This document shows, one piece after another, positions 1 through 9,892 of a DNA stretch of 32,000 bases. The DNA is taken from positions 61,574 to 93,573 of the forward strand of contig NZ_JRHO01000014.1 of the NCBI RefSeq assembly GCF_000765475.1. Reading direction: 5' to 3'. A program made the translations under genes and the position numbers. The notes beneath the pieces were generated by a model. It ran no database searches and had not been told where the DNA came from. It saw only the letters and a list, made by a program, of their open reading frames with translations. The DNA comes from Methanococcoides methylutens. GTDB taxonomy: Archaea; Halobacteriota; Methanosarcinia; Methanosarcinales; Methanosarcinaceae. The stretch's first letter is position 1. The number at the start of each line of letters is the position of its first letter.

Positions 1-2
1 CG

Positions 3-1532
3 ATCCCACAGGCAGTTCCGCAATCGGCTTACATCGACAATGAGTTCTGTGTTGGCTGCGGATTATGCAAACAGGCCTGCCCTGCAGATGCTATTGATTA
101 CAACCTCAAAGAAGAAGAATTCTCATTCACCGTCGGAGCCGTGATAGTTGCAACCGGTTATCAGGGGTTCGATGCAAAACGCAAGGAAGAATATGGTTAC
201 AGTGTCTATCCGGATGTCCTGACCAACATGGAGCTGGAAAGGCTTCTCAATGCATCGGGACCAACACGCGGTAGAGTGGTCGTTCCATCCACACACGAGA
301 CACCTGAAAAAGTTGCTTTTATCCAGTGCGTCGGATCAAGAGACGAGACCGTTGGAAACCCCTACTGCTCCCGTGTCTGCTGCATGTCATCCATGAAGAA
401 TGCACAGATGATCAAGGAGCGCTATCCTGACACCGATGTCACCATTCACTATATTGACATACGTGCAGCCGGTGAGATGTACGAGGAATACTACGTACGC
501 AGCCAGATGATGGAGATCAATTTCATCCGCGGCAAGGTCGCGGAAGTACAGCTTGACCCACAGGGACAGATGCAGCTCCGGTATGAGGACACACTTGAGT
601 GTGCCATTCGGGAGGAACCTTACGATCTAGTCATCCTGGCAACAGGAATGGAAGCCAGCACCACAACAGAGCCTATCGCAAAGATGTTGAACCTTTCAAA
701 AAGAACTGACAGGTTCTTGTCCATTGCACACCCGAAGATGAGGCCTGTGGATGCTCACATAAACGGCGTCTTCATCGCAGGCTGTGCATCGGGACCAAAG
801 GAGATACAGGCAGCCATCGCACAGGGAAGTGCAACTGCTGCAAGGTCCACCCGCCTGCTGGCAAAGGGAGAGCTTAAGAACGATCCATTCAGCGCACATG
901 TAGATCCGGAAAAATGTATCGGATGCCGCATATGTGAGAGTGTCTGCAATTTCAATACGATCAATGTCATAGACGGTAAAGCAGTGGTTGATGAGATCTC
1001 CTGCCAGACATGCGGTTCATGCAGTGCATCCTGTCCCACAGATGCCATAACCATGCCTCATAGTACCGATGAGCAAATCATTGCACAGATAAGGGCGGCT
1101 GTTGAGATCAAGGATGAGTTCCCGCTTATCATTGCGTTCCTCTGCAACTGGTGCAGCTATGGTTCCGCCGACCTTGCAGGAACATCAAGGATACAATACC
1201 CGACCAACGTAAGGATCATAAAGGTCATGTGCGCCGGACGTGTAGACCCTGACTTCGTACTGGAAGCATTGCAAGGGGGCGCGGACGGAGTACTTGTTAC
1301 CGGCTGTCGTCTTGATGAATGCCACTATATTCTGGGCAATATCGATGCAAAGCACAGGATGGAGAATCTCAAGGAAGTTCTCGATGAGATAGGCCTGGAT
1401 CCGCGAAGGCTGAGACTGCAATGGATATCCGCCGCAGAAGGGGATAAATTTGCAAAGACCATCGAGGATTTCGTTGACGAACTCACCGAACTTGGACCTG
1501 TTGGTTCCGAGTTGCCGGAGGAGCAGGAATGA
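3..1532 (+). CDS. hdrA: CoB-CoM heterodisulfide reductase subunit A-like protein (HdrA2-type) with C-terminal MvhD-like domain; 5' partial
   Basis: The reading frame of ORF 141..1532 stays open to the left edge (..IPQAVPQSAYIDNEFCVGCGLCKQACPADAIDYNLKEEEFSF..). Flavoprotein segment, then ferredoxin motifs CIGCRICESVC and CQTCGSCSASCPTDAI, then an MvhD-like tail IIAFLCNWCSYGSADLAGTSR..VMCAGRVDPDFVLEAL..GADGVLVTGCRLDECHY. Confidence 0.93.
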   Translation: MPQAVPQSAYIDNEFCVGCGLCKQACPADAIDYNLKEEEFSFTVGAVIVATGYQGFDAKRKEEYGYSVYPDVLTNMELERLLNASGPTRGRVVVPSTHETPEKVAFIQCVGSRDETVGNPYCSRVCCMSSMKNAQMIKERYPDTDVTIHYIDIRAAGEMYEEYYVRSQMMEINFIRGKVAEVQLDPQGQMQLRYEDTLECAIREEPYDLVILATGMEASTTTEPIAKMLNLSKRTDRFLSIAHPKMRPVDAHINGVFIAGCASGPKEIQAAIAQGSATAARSTRLLAKGELKNDPFSAHVDPEKCIGCRICESVCNFNTINVIDGKAVVDEISCQTCGSCSASCPTDAITMPHSTDEQIIAQIRAAVEIKDEFPLIIAFLCNWCSYGSADLAGTSRIQYPTNVRIIKVMCAGRVDPDFVLEALQGGADGVLVTGCRLDECHYILGNIDAKHRMENLKEVLDEIGLDPRRLRLQWISAAEGDKFAKTIEDFVDELTELGPVGSELPEEQE

Positions 1533-2818
1533 GTGATGAAGAAAAGTCCATGGAAGTCTCAAGGGAGATGGACATACAGGGCAACCACATCCTTTACAAG
1601 CTGATCTCCGACCGATCTGAAAAGACACTTGATTACGATTACAAAAGATGTGTGGGATGCGGGATCTGTGTAAGGATCTGCCCCACAAAAGCACTCGAAC
1701 TCGGACCTATCAAGGAAATAGCCACAGGCATGGATGCACCACCGGTGATGATGGACCTTGATAAGTGCACATTCTGTTCCATGTGCGTGAACTTCTGTCC
1801 TGTAACAGCTCTGGAAATGAGAACAGAAGGAGATTTCCCTGAAGAAGAACTCTATCCTGTGCTGGAATACAAGGTCGAGATGAACGAGAAATGTGTACCT
1901 TGTTCCCTCTGTGAGGCATCATGCCCGGAGGATGCCATTACTCTGGAATACACATTCCCTAAAAAGGAAGAGATAGCACCCCTGAAAGAGAACGCAGAAG
2001 GCGAGATAGAGATAGACACCGATAAGTGTAACCTCTGCGGCATATGTGCACATTTCTGTGATGCCTTCCTCATGCTGGAAAAGGAACCCACAGCAACTGA
2101 CCCCATGCCTTTTGAGCAACTTATTGTTGACGAGGATATGTGCGACTACTGCATGCTCTGCCAGGACATCTGTCCAGAGGATGCGATCAAAGTAAAGGGA
2201 GAGCGTCCCTGTGAACCGCCTGTAGTGTCAGGACATGTGACGGTCGATGATGATAAATGCACACGATGCGGCTGGTGTGATGCAGTCTGCCCTTATGATG
2301 CGGTCGATCTGGTAAAGCCATTCGAAGGCGATCTGGTACTTGTTGAGGAACACATCGAGAAATGTGACACACAGGGGTGTCATGCCTGCTTTAACATCTG
2401 CCCATCGCACCTCTGGTACGTCCCGGAAGATGGGAAGAACATCGCTGCGGTACACGACCTTTGCACCTATTGTGGAGCCTGCGTCAATGCCTGCCCCGTG
2501 GATGTGATGAAGGTAGCACGCAGCAAGGTCAATCATACGGATATACCCGATACGCCCTGGGCATCCGAATGGAAGGATGCCATTGATTCACTCCTCACAA
2601 AAGAAAGAAAGCGACCTGACCTCTCAAGGGCACTTGAGGTCGAGACCGAGCCACTGAAAGAGCATGTGGATATCGCATTCCCGGATGTCGATAAAGAGAT
2701 GATGGACAAGGTTTCCGAGAAGATGCAAACAGCCAGGGATGCACTGACCAAACCAAAGTTCAGGAAGATCCTGAACAAAGGTAAAGCAGAAGAGATACAC
2801 AGGTCCATGAAAAAATAA
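1529..2818 (+). CDS. Polyferredoxin with eight ferredoxin-type Cys motifs, translationally coupled to hdrA
   Basis: Start overlaps the hdrA stop (ATGAGTGATG). Motifs: CVGCGICVRICP, CTFCSMCVNFCP, CVPCSLCEASCP, CNLCGICAHFC, CDYCMLCQDICP, CTRCGWCDAVCP, CDTQGCHACFNICP, CTYCGACVNACP. Confidence 0.92.
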   Translation: MSDEEKSMEVSREMDIQGNHILYKLISDRSEKTLDYDYKRCVGCGICVRICPTKALELGPIKEIATGMDAPPVMMDLDKCTFCSMCVNFCPVTALEMRTEGDFPEEELYPVLEYKVEMNEKCVPCSLCEASCPEDAITLEYTFPKKEEIAPLKENAEGEIEIDTDKCNLCGICAHFCDAFLMLEKEPTATDPMPFEQLIVDEDMCDYCMLCQDICPEDAIKVKGERPCEPPVVSGHVTVDDDKCTRCGWCDAVCPYDAVDLVKPFEGDLVLVEEHIEKCDTQGCHACFNICPSHLWYVPEDGKNIAAVHDLCTYCGACVNACPVDVMKVARSKVNHTDIPDTPWASEWKDAIDSLLTKERKRPDLSRALEVETEPLKEHVDIAFPDVDKEMMDKVSEKMQTARDALTKPKFRKILNKGKAEEIHRSMKK

Positions 2819-2839
2819 ACCGGGAAATGCATCGAAGGA

Positions 2840-5455
2840 TTATTTTTTCAGGAAACAGATAGCATCCTGCTTCTCCGGGTCTGCTGATACACAAGCATGA
2901 GAACCTGTAACAGCAGGAACGTCGATCAGTTTTATTATATCGCTGAAGCTATCGTACCCAGGAAGTATATCAGAGAACGAATTTGCTGACCTCGCGAAGA
3001 ACTTCTCATTGAACTGCGACTCGGGCTCATCAGGATACAAAGGCAGGTAAATGATCTCTTCCTCGACAAGGTCCTGGAAGAAATGTGTACCATAGGAAAC
3101 ATCAGGCCTGTGCTCGGTGGTCTGGATGGCAACCTCGATTAGCACGGATGTGTTCCGGATCTCAGAATAGGTTACATTCACACCAAGTTCGAGGTTGCTG
3201 CTACCCCACCTTCCAGGACCCATCAGTATGAACTTCTCACCATCTTTGCCCAGTTTCTCGTTCAGATGACCTATGATCCTTCCAAGGGATTGCTTCTCTT
3301 CAAAATCAACATCTGTAGAATATATGATAGGGTCCACATAGACGATATAACGTATATCGGGAACAACCCCTCCGGAAATGGTCTTTGAAGACCTGAACAA
3401 TATTTCATCCTGACCCAGGTCAGCGGGCACTGAAAAAGATTCAGCCTTGCCGGGGATCTTCATCGGCCTGCACTGGAGGATGTTAAGCTTGATGTTGTTC
3501 GACTTACCTATAAATGCCGTGAATTCCACATCTACAGGCTGACCATATGCTTTTTCGATCGTCTGGATGGCATTGCCGATGATCTCAACGAGCTTTGTTT
3601 TGAATATTAGGTTATTGAAGGTCAGTATCAGCTTTCCATCAGCAGCCGAAATGAAATTTGTAACAGGATCCTTGACATAATCATCTTTGAGCAGTGAAGC
3701 ATACATATTCAGCTTAGGGTAATCGAAATCCTTAAGCAATGCAGAGACAGGAACAGTCCTGAACTCGTTTCTTTCAAGGTCCAGAAGGTCCACCTCTATC
3801 TGGGAATACCTGGCGACCTGACGCCCTCTCTCTGGTCTCAGCTGAGGGTGACTTACCGAGATTATGCGCGGGTAATCACGGTCAACGCGATCCACGGCCC
3901 GCGTACCCAATCCGAATACCAGACGGATCATGCCTTTGTTCGGATCGATCTGCTCGCTCCAGGCAAAGAGGTTCCTGGAGAATGTCACACCTGCCAGGGC
4001 CGGGAAGAAATAGTCCTTATAGTGAGTTCCTGATACACGCTGCACAAGGATAGCCATCTGTTCATCAGTGTTATCAAGACCATGCACTTTCCTGTAGATG
4101 AGGGCATCCGGGTCCAGTGCACTGGCATAGACAAGTTTAACGGCTTCCAGGAATGCTGCCATCCTTTCCTCAGGATCACCCTGGTTGGTACAGAACTCGC
4201 TCCGATATTTTCCTGCAAAGGCATTCCCGAAATTGTCCTCCAGCAGGCTGCTTGACCTGACGATTATGGGAGCCTGACCGAAGTAATCCAGCATACTGCG
4301 GAACTGCTCCATGATGTCATCCGGGAATGTTCCCTCAAGGAAGCGCTGTTCGACACTCTGGAATTCTTCTTTTGAGAGTCTGTATCCATTGGAAAGGTCC
4401 ATCTTCAGGCGAAAGAGGTCGTTGTTGATGAGGAATGTAAAGAAAACATCGGAACCGATGTAGAATGAATCATGAGGCTCCATGATCTTTGCGAATTCCC
4501 CGGAATCATCTTCCTTAAGGACTATGTTCCTTGAAAGCAGCATCCCGACACTTTTGCCTCCGATCATTCCGGAACCGATGATCCTTTCCCTGGTATAGAG
4601 CAGGTCATCGATATCGAAATACTTCTCAGCGAGTTCCCTGAACCGTGGCCTTTCCCCTATGATCATACGGCACAGTTCACTTTTGAGTGCCATCATTTCC
4701 TGTAGAGGGACCTTATCTTCCTCATAGAGCATTTGATACTGCAATGCCTTTCTATAGATCGTGTCCCAGGGAGCTATGCTACTTGCTCCGGGGTCAAGAA
4801 TATGATGGTCTTTCCCCCCTGATACAGAGGCTGCCTCCCCGCTATTGAACAATGGTACCCACTTGTCATCCTGCATGAGATGAGGAAGGAACATCTGGCT
4901 TGAATAGCGTCCATACACCTTCAGCGGATGGAGATATGCATTGCCTTCCACATGGTAGAAGTTCAGGAGCAACTGGGTAGTCTCCCTGATAGCCGCAATT
5001 GCCTGATGACCATGCCTACCTTTTGTAAGTGCGAAATACGTAACCGTATCAAGTTCATAGAGATAGGGGCATGTGGCCTTGAAGAAATTCGCGAGTAACT
5101 CGTCCGTTGCCCATTCCACAACCAGGGTGGAGAGGTTATCGAATACATAAAAGGTCTCACGGCCATAGCTCTCAATGATCCGGTGGACCTCAGTACTGAA
5201 ATAATCAAAACCATTTGCGGGATCTACTTCAACAATTTCAAGACCATCCATTGGCCTCAGGATCGGCTTATGAGGCGCGAACCTGATGTAAACGCACCTG
5301 TGACCTTCTTTTATCGCATTTTCCGTGAACTTCTCTGCAAAGAATATGTAATCTTCAAGTTCATCCACCTGCCAGACAACATTATCGCCGTACCAAAGGT
5401 TCTGAAGCAGTTCATCGAGTCCCCCTAATCCACTGCTTGCAATTCTTTTATCCAT
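2840..5455 (-). CDS. PEP synthase/pyruvate phosphate dikinase N-terminal (ATP-grasp) domain protein with N-terminal KaiC/RecA-like domain
   Basis: ORF 2840..5509; the internal ATG at 5455 (MDKRIASSGLGGLDELL..) is the more likely start. PPDK_N-like segments: GGKSVGMLLSRNI, PIIVRSSSLLEDNFGNAFAGKYRS, LVQRVSGTHYKDYFFPALAGVTFSRN, MGPGRWGS. The N-terminus resembles a KaiC-like fold (YVFDNLSTLVVEW). Confidence 0.8.
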   Translation of the reverse strand: MDKRIASSGLGGLDELLQNLWYGDNVVWQVDELEDYIFFAEKFTENAIKEGHRCVYIRFAPHKPILRPMDGLEIVEVDPANGFDYFSTEVHRIIESYGRETFYVFDNLSTLVVEWATDELLANFFKATCPYLYELDTVTYFALTKGRHGHQAIAAIRETTQLLLNFYHVEGNAYLHPLKVYGRYSSQMFLPHLMQDDKWVPLFNSGEAASVSGGKDHHILDPGASSIAPWDTIYRKALQYQMLYEEDKVPLQEMMALKSELCRMIIGERPRFRELAEKYFDIDDLLYTRERIIGSGMIGGKSVGMLLSRNIVLKEDDSGEFAKIMEPHDSFYIGSDVFFTFLINNDLFRLKMDLSNGYRLSKEEFQSVEQRFLEGTFPDDIMEQFRSMLDYFGQAPIIVRSSSLLEDNFGNAFAGKYRSEFCTNQGDPEERMAAFLEAVKLVYASALDPDALIYRKVHGLDNTDEQMAILVQRVSGTHYKDYFFPALAGVTFSRNLFAWSEQIDPNKGMIRLVFGLGTRAVDRVDRDYPRIISVSHPQLRPERGRQVARYSQIEVDLLDLERNEFRTVPVSALLKDFDYPKLNMYASLLKDDYVKDPVTNFISAADGKLILTFNNLIFKTKLVEIIGNAIQTIEKAYGQPVDVEFTAFIGKSNNIKLNILQCRPMKIPGKAESFSVPADLGQDEILFRSSKTISGGVVPDIRYIVYVDPIIYSTDVDFEEKQSLGRIIGHLNEKLGKDGEKFILMGPGRWGSSNLELGVNVTYSEIRNTSVLIEVAIQTTEHRPDVSYGTHFFQDLVEEEIIYLPLYPDEPESQFNEKFFARSANSFSDILPGYDSFSDIIKLIDVPAVTGSHACVSADPEKQDAICFLKK

Positions 5456-5662
5456 AATAGTACCCGGAAATAAGTTTCTGAATACTACAATAAATAATTT
5501 ACCAGTCACTTATGAATGATAAAAAATTAGGGACTTCTAAGCTAAAAGATCAAAATACAAAATGTTATAATACATTCCAGTGAACGGATAGCAAACAATA
5601 CTTTTATAATGGCTAACACGTTTTGTTGTCTAGATCGTGACAGAGTAATTGGTGATACTTCT

Positions 5663-7564
5663 ATGAGCAAAAAGATCGACTACCGTGAACTTGGATTAAA
5701 ATGCGGACTTGAGATTCATCAGCAGTTGAACTCAAAAGAGAAACTTTTCTGTAAATGCCCTACTAAGATACGTGACACGGATGAGTCGAACTTTGAATTT
5801 TTCCGTTACCTGCGCCCTACTGCAAGTGAGATGGGAGAGACCGACAGGGCAGCACTTGAGCAGACAAAGGTCAACAGGAAATACATCTACAAAGCATATG
5901 ACAGCACCTGCCTTGTGGAAAATGATGAGGAACCACCTCGTGAACTTAACAAAGAGTCACTTGACATCGCATTGTCGATCGCAAAGCTATTGCACATGAT
6001 ACCAGTGGAGCAGCTCCACGTCATGAGAAAAATAGTTGTGGACGGATCGAACACCAGTGGATTCCAGAGAACCGCTTTCCTCGCCGGAGGCGGACATCTC
6101 GACACTTCCGAAGGAGCCGTAGGCGTTGATGTCCTCTGTGTAGAGGAAGAGGCCGCACAAAAGATAGAGGACAAAGGCGACTCTATTCTTTATTCACTTG
6201 ACAGACTGGGAATACCGCTTGTGGAGATCGGTACAGCACCTGACATAATCTCACCGGCACATGCAAAGGAGACTGCTGCCAATATCGGCATGTTGCTTCG
6301 TTCTACCGGTAAGGTAAAAAGAGGTCTTGGAACCATCAGGCAGGATGTCAACATATCCATAGCAGAAGGAGCCCGTGTGGAGGTAAAAGGTGTCCAGGCC
6401 CTTGATCTTATCGAAACTATTGTTGAAAGGGAGGCCGAGAGGCAGGTTAACCTTCTCGAGATACGCAGGTCCCTTCAGGAAAGGAATGCAAGCGTCCATG
6501 ATGAGATATTTGACGTGACCGAAATGTTCAGTGGAACTGAATCAAAGGTCATAAAGAAGGCACTCAAGAAAGGGAAGGTACTCGCAGTCCTCCTGCCCGG
6601 ATTTGCAGGACATGTTGGAATGGAAGTGCAGCCAGGAAGACGCCTGGGCACCGAGTTCTCCGACCGTGCAAAGACCTCAGGCGTAGGTGGCATATTCCAC
6701 ACCGATGAACTGCCCAATTATGGCATAACCGAAGATGAGGTCGCTTCATTGCGTGAATTCGTTGGTGCGAAAGAAGGCGATGCTGTCGTTATGGTAGCAG
6801 ACAAAGAGAAACGTGCACTCGGTGCCATGGAAAGTGTGCTTATCCGTGCGCAGGAAGCACTTGAGTTCGTTCCCGAAGAAACAAGACGTGCACTTCCTGA
6901 CGGTAACAGCGCATACATGAGACCGCTTCCCGGAGCTTCGAGGATGTACCCCGAGACAGATGTACCACAGGTAGAGATCAAAAAGGAGTACTTTGATACT
7001 ATCGAGATCCCGGAGCTTCTAACAGAAAGGGCAAAGAGGTTCAGCAAAGATTACGGGCTCAACGAGGAACTTGCAGAGAAGATCGCATATTCACAGGACC
7101 TGGCGCTTTTCGAGGAATTGATGAGCAGGTACAACAATGACAAGAATGTCACTGCAACCCTTATCGTGACAACATTCACAGGACTTGTGCCTGAACTCAA
7201 ACGTGATGGTGTGGATGTCACGAAGATCAATGACGAGCACTTCAAACAGATGTTCGAGATCATATCTTCAGGTGATGTGGCCAAAGAGGGTATGGAGCAG
7301 ATACTCCGCTATGTTGCAAAGAAACCAAAGGCAAATATAAGGGACAGTCTGGAAGAACTTGGACTTACAGGTATTGACACATCCCAGATAGAAGAATTCA
7401 TTGCAAAGATCGTGGAAGAAAGACAGGACTTTGTGAAAGAAAAAGGACCGGCCGCCGTAGGACCTCTCATGGGAATTGTCATGGGCGAGTTCCGCGGAAA
7501 AGTTGACGGAAAGGTCCTCAGTGAACTCCTGAAACAAAAGATTAATGAGTGTATTAATACATAA
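5663..7564 (+). CDS. gatE: Glutamyl-tRNA(Gln) amidotransferase subunit E
   Basis: ORF 5609..7564; ATG at 5663 is preceded by a GGTGAT Shine-Dalgarno-like motif. Hallmarks: [81 protein letters not shown]-type tail domain. Confidence 0.95.
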   Translation: MSKKIDYRELGLKCGLEIHQQLNSKEKLFCKCPTKIRDTDESNFEFFRYLRPTASEMGETDRAALEQTKVNRKYIYKAYDSTCLVENDEEPPRELNKESLDIALSIAKLLHMIPVEQLHVMRKIVVDGSNTSGFQRTAFLAGGGHLDTSEGAVGVDVLCVEEEAAQKIEDKGDSILYSLDRLGIPLVEIGTAPDIISPAHAKETAANIGMLLRSTGKVKRGLGTIRQDVNISIAEGARVEVKGVQALDLIETIVEREAERQVNLLEIRRSLQERNASVHDEIFDVTEMFSGTESKVIKKALKKGKVLAVLLPGFAGHVGMEVQPGRRLGTEFSDRAKTSGVGGIFHTDELPNYGITEDEVASLREFVGAKEGDAVVMVADKEKRALGAMESVLIRAQEALEFVPEETRRALPDGNSAYMRPLPGASRMYPETDVPQVEIKKEYFDTIEIPELLTERAKRFSKDYGLNEELAEKIAYSQDLALFEELMSRYNNDKNVTATLIVTTFTGLVPELKRDGVDVTKINDEHFKQMFEIISSGDVAKEGMEQILRYVAKKPKANIRDSLEELGLTGIDTSQIEEFIAKIVEERQDFVKEKGPAAVGPLMGIVMGEFRGKVDGKVLSELLKQKINECINT

Positions 7565-7579
7565 TATTCGTTAGATATT

Positions 7580-8644
7580 ATGACACTTGGGAGAAACAAC
7601 ACTGGTACATTAGTCTTAAAGATTGCATTGATCGCGTCAATACTATTGATATCAACAGCTTTAGCAGGTGCTATATCGTTAGGAGAGACAGAACAACTTA
7701 CCTTTGACGTCAACCAGAGATCACCTGCCTGGAGTCCGGATGGCCAATTGATAACATATTCTTCTGAGCAGGCCATCTGGATAATGAATGCAGACGGATC
7801 TGATCAAACAAGGATATATGACACCATTGCATGGGAGGGGGAGCCTTCTTTCAGTTCAGATGGAAAATTCATATATTATGCTACAGAACATGTCCAGCCA
7901 TTCTCTTCCAAGTTCGTAAGTATCCGTGTAGTAGAGCTTGCTGACAAAAGCAATACTTCACAGATAACAGAAAATGCTGACAAAAGGGAACCCGTCATGA
8001 GTCCTGACGGAACAAAGATAGCATACCTTTCAAAGACTGCAGGAAACTATGACATATGGACAATGAACCCTGATGGTAGTGAGAACAGGCAAATAACCGA
8101 TTCATCCAGTAATGAAGGGGCACCATCCTGGTCACCTGAAGGCGACATGCTGGTATATTCACTGGAAGGAAAGATATGGACCGTTGACCCTGATAACAGG
8201 GTTCCAAAGCTCCTCAGGAATGATAATTTTGTGAACACAAATCCGGTGTTCAATCCTGATGGAACAAAGATAGCATTTGTATCTGACAGGTCAGGCAATT
8301 CTGATATATGGGTCATGAACTCAAATGGTGTAGGAATTGAACAGGTCACATTTGAAAATTCAACTCAGGAACATCCTGCATGGAGTCCGGAAGGCGATAA
8401 AATTGCGTTTTCATCTAACGAAGGTGGTGACTACAACATCTGGACAATTGCACTTTCAGACACAGATAGTCTGGTTGAGTTAGGACCTGATGAGGAACTG
8501 CTGGTGGAGGAAGAAAAGTTTGACATATTAAAAGAACTTGAAGCTTTTGCAACAAAGTCGCCACTGAGAACACTCATTATATTATTCTCACTCTCCGTAA
8601 TTGTAATAGTGATGTTCCTCAGGAACTTCCTGAAAGGGCTGTAA
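7580..8644 (+). CDS. Secreted/membrane-anchored TolB-like (PD40/WD40-like) beta-propeller protein
   Basis: N-terminal signal-like helix (LVLKIALIASILLISTALAGA). Repeated units: SPAWSPDGQLITYSS..IWIMNADGS, EPVMSPDGTKIAYLS..YDIWTMNPDGS, NPVFNPDGTKIAFVSDRSGNSDIWVMNSNG, HPAWSPEGDKIAFSSNEGGDYNIWTI. C-terminal TM helix TLIILFSLSVIVIVMFLRNFL. Confidence 0.88.
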   Translation: MTLGRNNTGTLVLKIALIASILLISTALAGAISLGETEQLTFDVNQRSPAWSPDGQLITYSSEQAIWIMNADGSDQTRIYDTIAWEGEPSFSSDGKFIYYATEHVQPFSSKFVSIRVVELADKSNTSQITENADKREPVMSPDGTKIAYLSKTAGNYDIWTMNPDGSENRQITDSSSNEGAPSWSPEGDMLVYSLEGKIWTVDPDNRVPKLLRNDNFVNTNPVFNPDGTKIAFVSDRSGNSDIWVMNSNGVGIEQVTFENSTQEHPAWSPEGDKIAFSSNEGGDYNIWTIALSDTDSLVELGPDEELLVEEEKFDILKELEAFATKSPLRTLIILFSLSVIVIVMFLRNFLKGL

Positions 8645-8776
8645 GAACAGTCCTCTTATTTTCTTTTGCATACATTACCTTTTATTATTCTATTATTTTG
8701 GAATTAAGAGTTCTATCACTCACATCTGTTCTGAAATCTATAAATTCCATCGTAACGCTTATAGCCTATTCATGAC

Positions 8777-9892
8777 ATGTATTCGCAGGTTCGGATGATG
8801 TCTGCAGTAATAGGATTAGAAGATGGAACAATTTTAAAAGGTACTGGTTTTGGTGCCGAAGGTATCGTTTGCGGAGAACTTGTTTTTACTACCCAGTACA
8901 CAGGATATGAGGAGTCTCTTACAGACCCGTCCTACACTGGTCAGATATTAATGTTCACGTACCCTTTGATAGGGAACTATGGTGTTAATAAGGACACTTT
9001 TCAGTCAGATGGTGTGAAGGCCGAAGGCCTTGTGGTAAGGGAAGCATGCCCTTCTCCAAGTCACCACCTTTCCACACGTAATATCTACAAATTAATGGAA
9101 GATGAAGGTAAGCCGGGAATTTCCGGCATTGATACCCGTATGCTTACCATCGGTACCAGAGAGCATGGTACCATGCGTGCTGCACTGATAAACGGCAGTG
9201 ACGATGGTGAAGAAGCAGTCAGGCTGGCAAGGGAACAACCTGATATTTCAAACCTTGATCTTGTTTCAAGGGTCACCTGCAAAGAGCCATATACAATAGA
9301 AAGTCAGGTAAAGACCGCTGACAGAAAGCACGTTGTGCTCTTTGATCTGGGCATGAAAAAGAACATCTCGTTAAGTCTTCTGAGAAGAGGCGTTGATGTT
9401 ACAGTAGTACCTGCCAATACACCTGCTTCTGTGATCGAGGATTACAACCCTGATCTGCTTTTCCTTTCCAATGGGCCGGGAGATCCACAGAACGCACAGA
9501 ATTCTATTGATGTTGTCAAGGATCTGGCAGGAACAATGCCAATATCAGGCATTTGTCTCGGACACCAGGTCATCTCAAGAGCACTTGGAGCAGATACATA
9601 TAAGCTCAAATTCGGACACCGTGGAGCAAACCAGCCGGTCAAGGACCTGGAATCCGGAATTGTCCATATAACATCACAGAATCACGGTTTTGCTGTTGAA
9701 GGTGACACATTTGACGATACAGATGTGACTGTCACACAGATCAACACTAATGATAATACTGTAGAAGGTATCGAACACAACGATCTTGACATATTCAGTG
9801 TCCAGTACCATCCGGAAGCACATGCCGGACCAAGGGACACGGAGAAGATATTCTTTGGGAAGGTCATGAAAGCTATGGGAGGCAGGGTATAA
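8777..9892 (+). CDS. carA: Carbamoyl-phosphate synthase small subunit
   Basis: GTGFGAEGIVCGELVFTTQYTGYEESLTDPSYTGQI, glutaminase motif PISGICLGHQ, SVQYHPEAHAGP. The true start may be the internal ATG at 8795/8798. Confidence 0.96.
   Translation: MYSQVRMMSAVIGLEDGTILKGTGFGAEGIVCGELVFTTQYTGYEESLTDPSYTGQILMFTYPLIGNYGVNKDTFQSDGVKAEGLVVREACPSPSHHLSTRNIYKLMEDEGKPGISGIDTRMLTIGTREHGTMRAALINGSDDGEEAVRLAREQPDISNLDLVSRVTCKEPYTIESQVKTADRKHVVLFDLGMKKNISLSLLRRGVDVTVVPANTPASVIEDYNPDLLFLSNGPGDPQNAQNSIDVVKDLAGTMPISGICLGHQVISRALGADTYKLKFGHRGANQPVKDLESGIVHITSQNHGFAVEGDTFDDTDVTVTQINTNDNTVEGIEHNDLDIFSVQYHPEAHAGPRDTEKIFFGKVMKAMGGRV

Noticed and set aside
1185-1694. 169-aa minus-strand ORF
   Set aside because: Overlaps the hdrA 3' end and polyferredoxin 5' end, both with strong motifs on the plus strand.
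7309-7776. 155-aa minus-strand ORF across the gatE 3' end and the propeller gene start
   Set aside because: Antisense to two well-supported genes; low-complexity, hydrophobic/Ser-rich translation typical of a shadow ORF.
8645-8776. Possible attenuator/leader upstream of carA
   Set aside because: The intergenic sequence is AT-rich but I could not identify a convincing hairpin pair or leader peptide.
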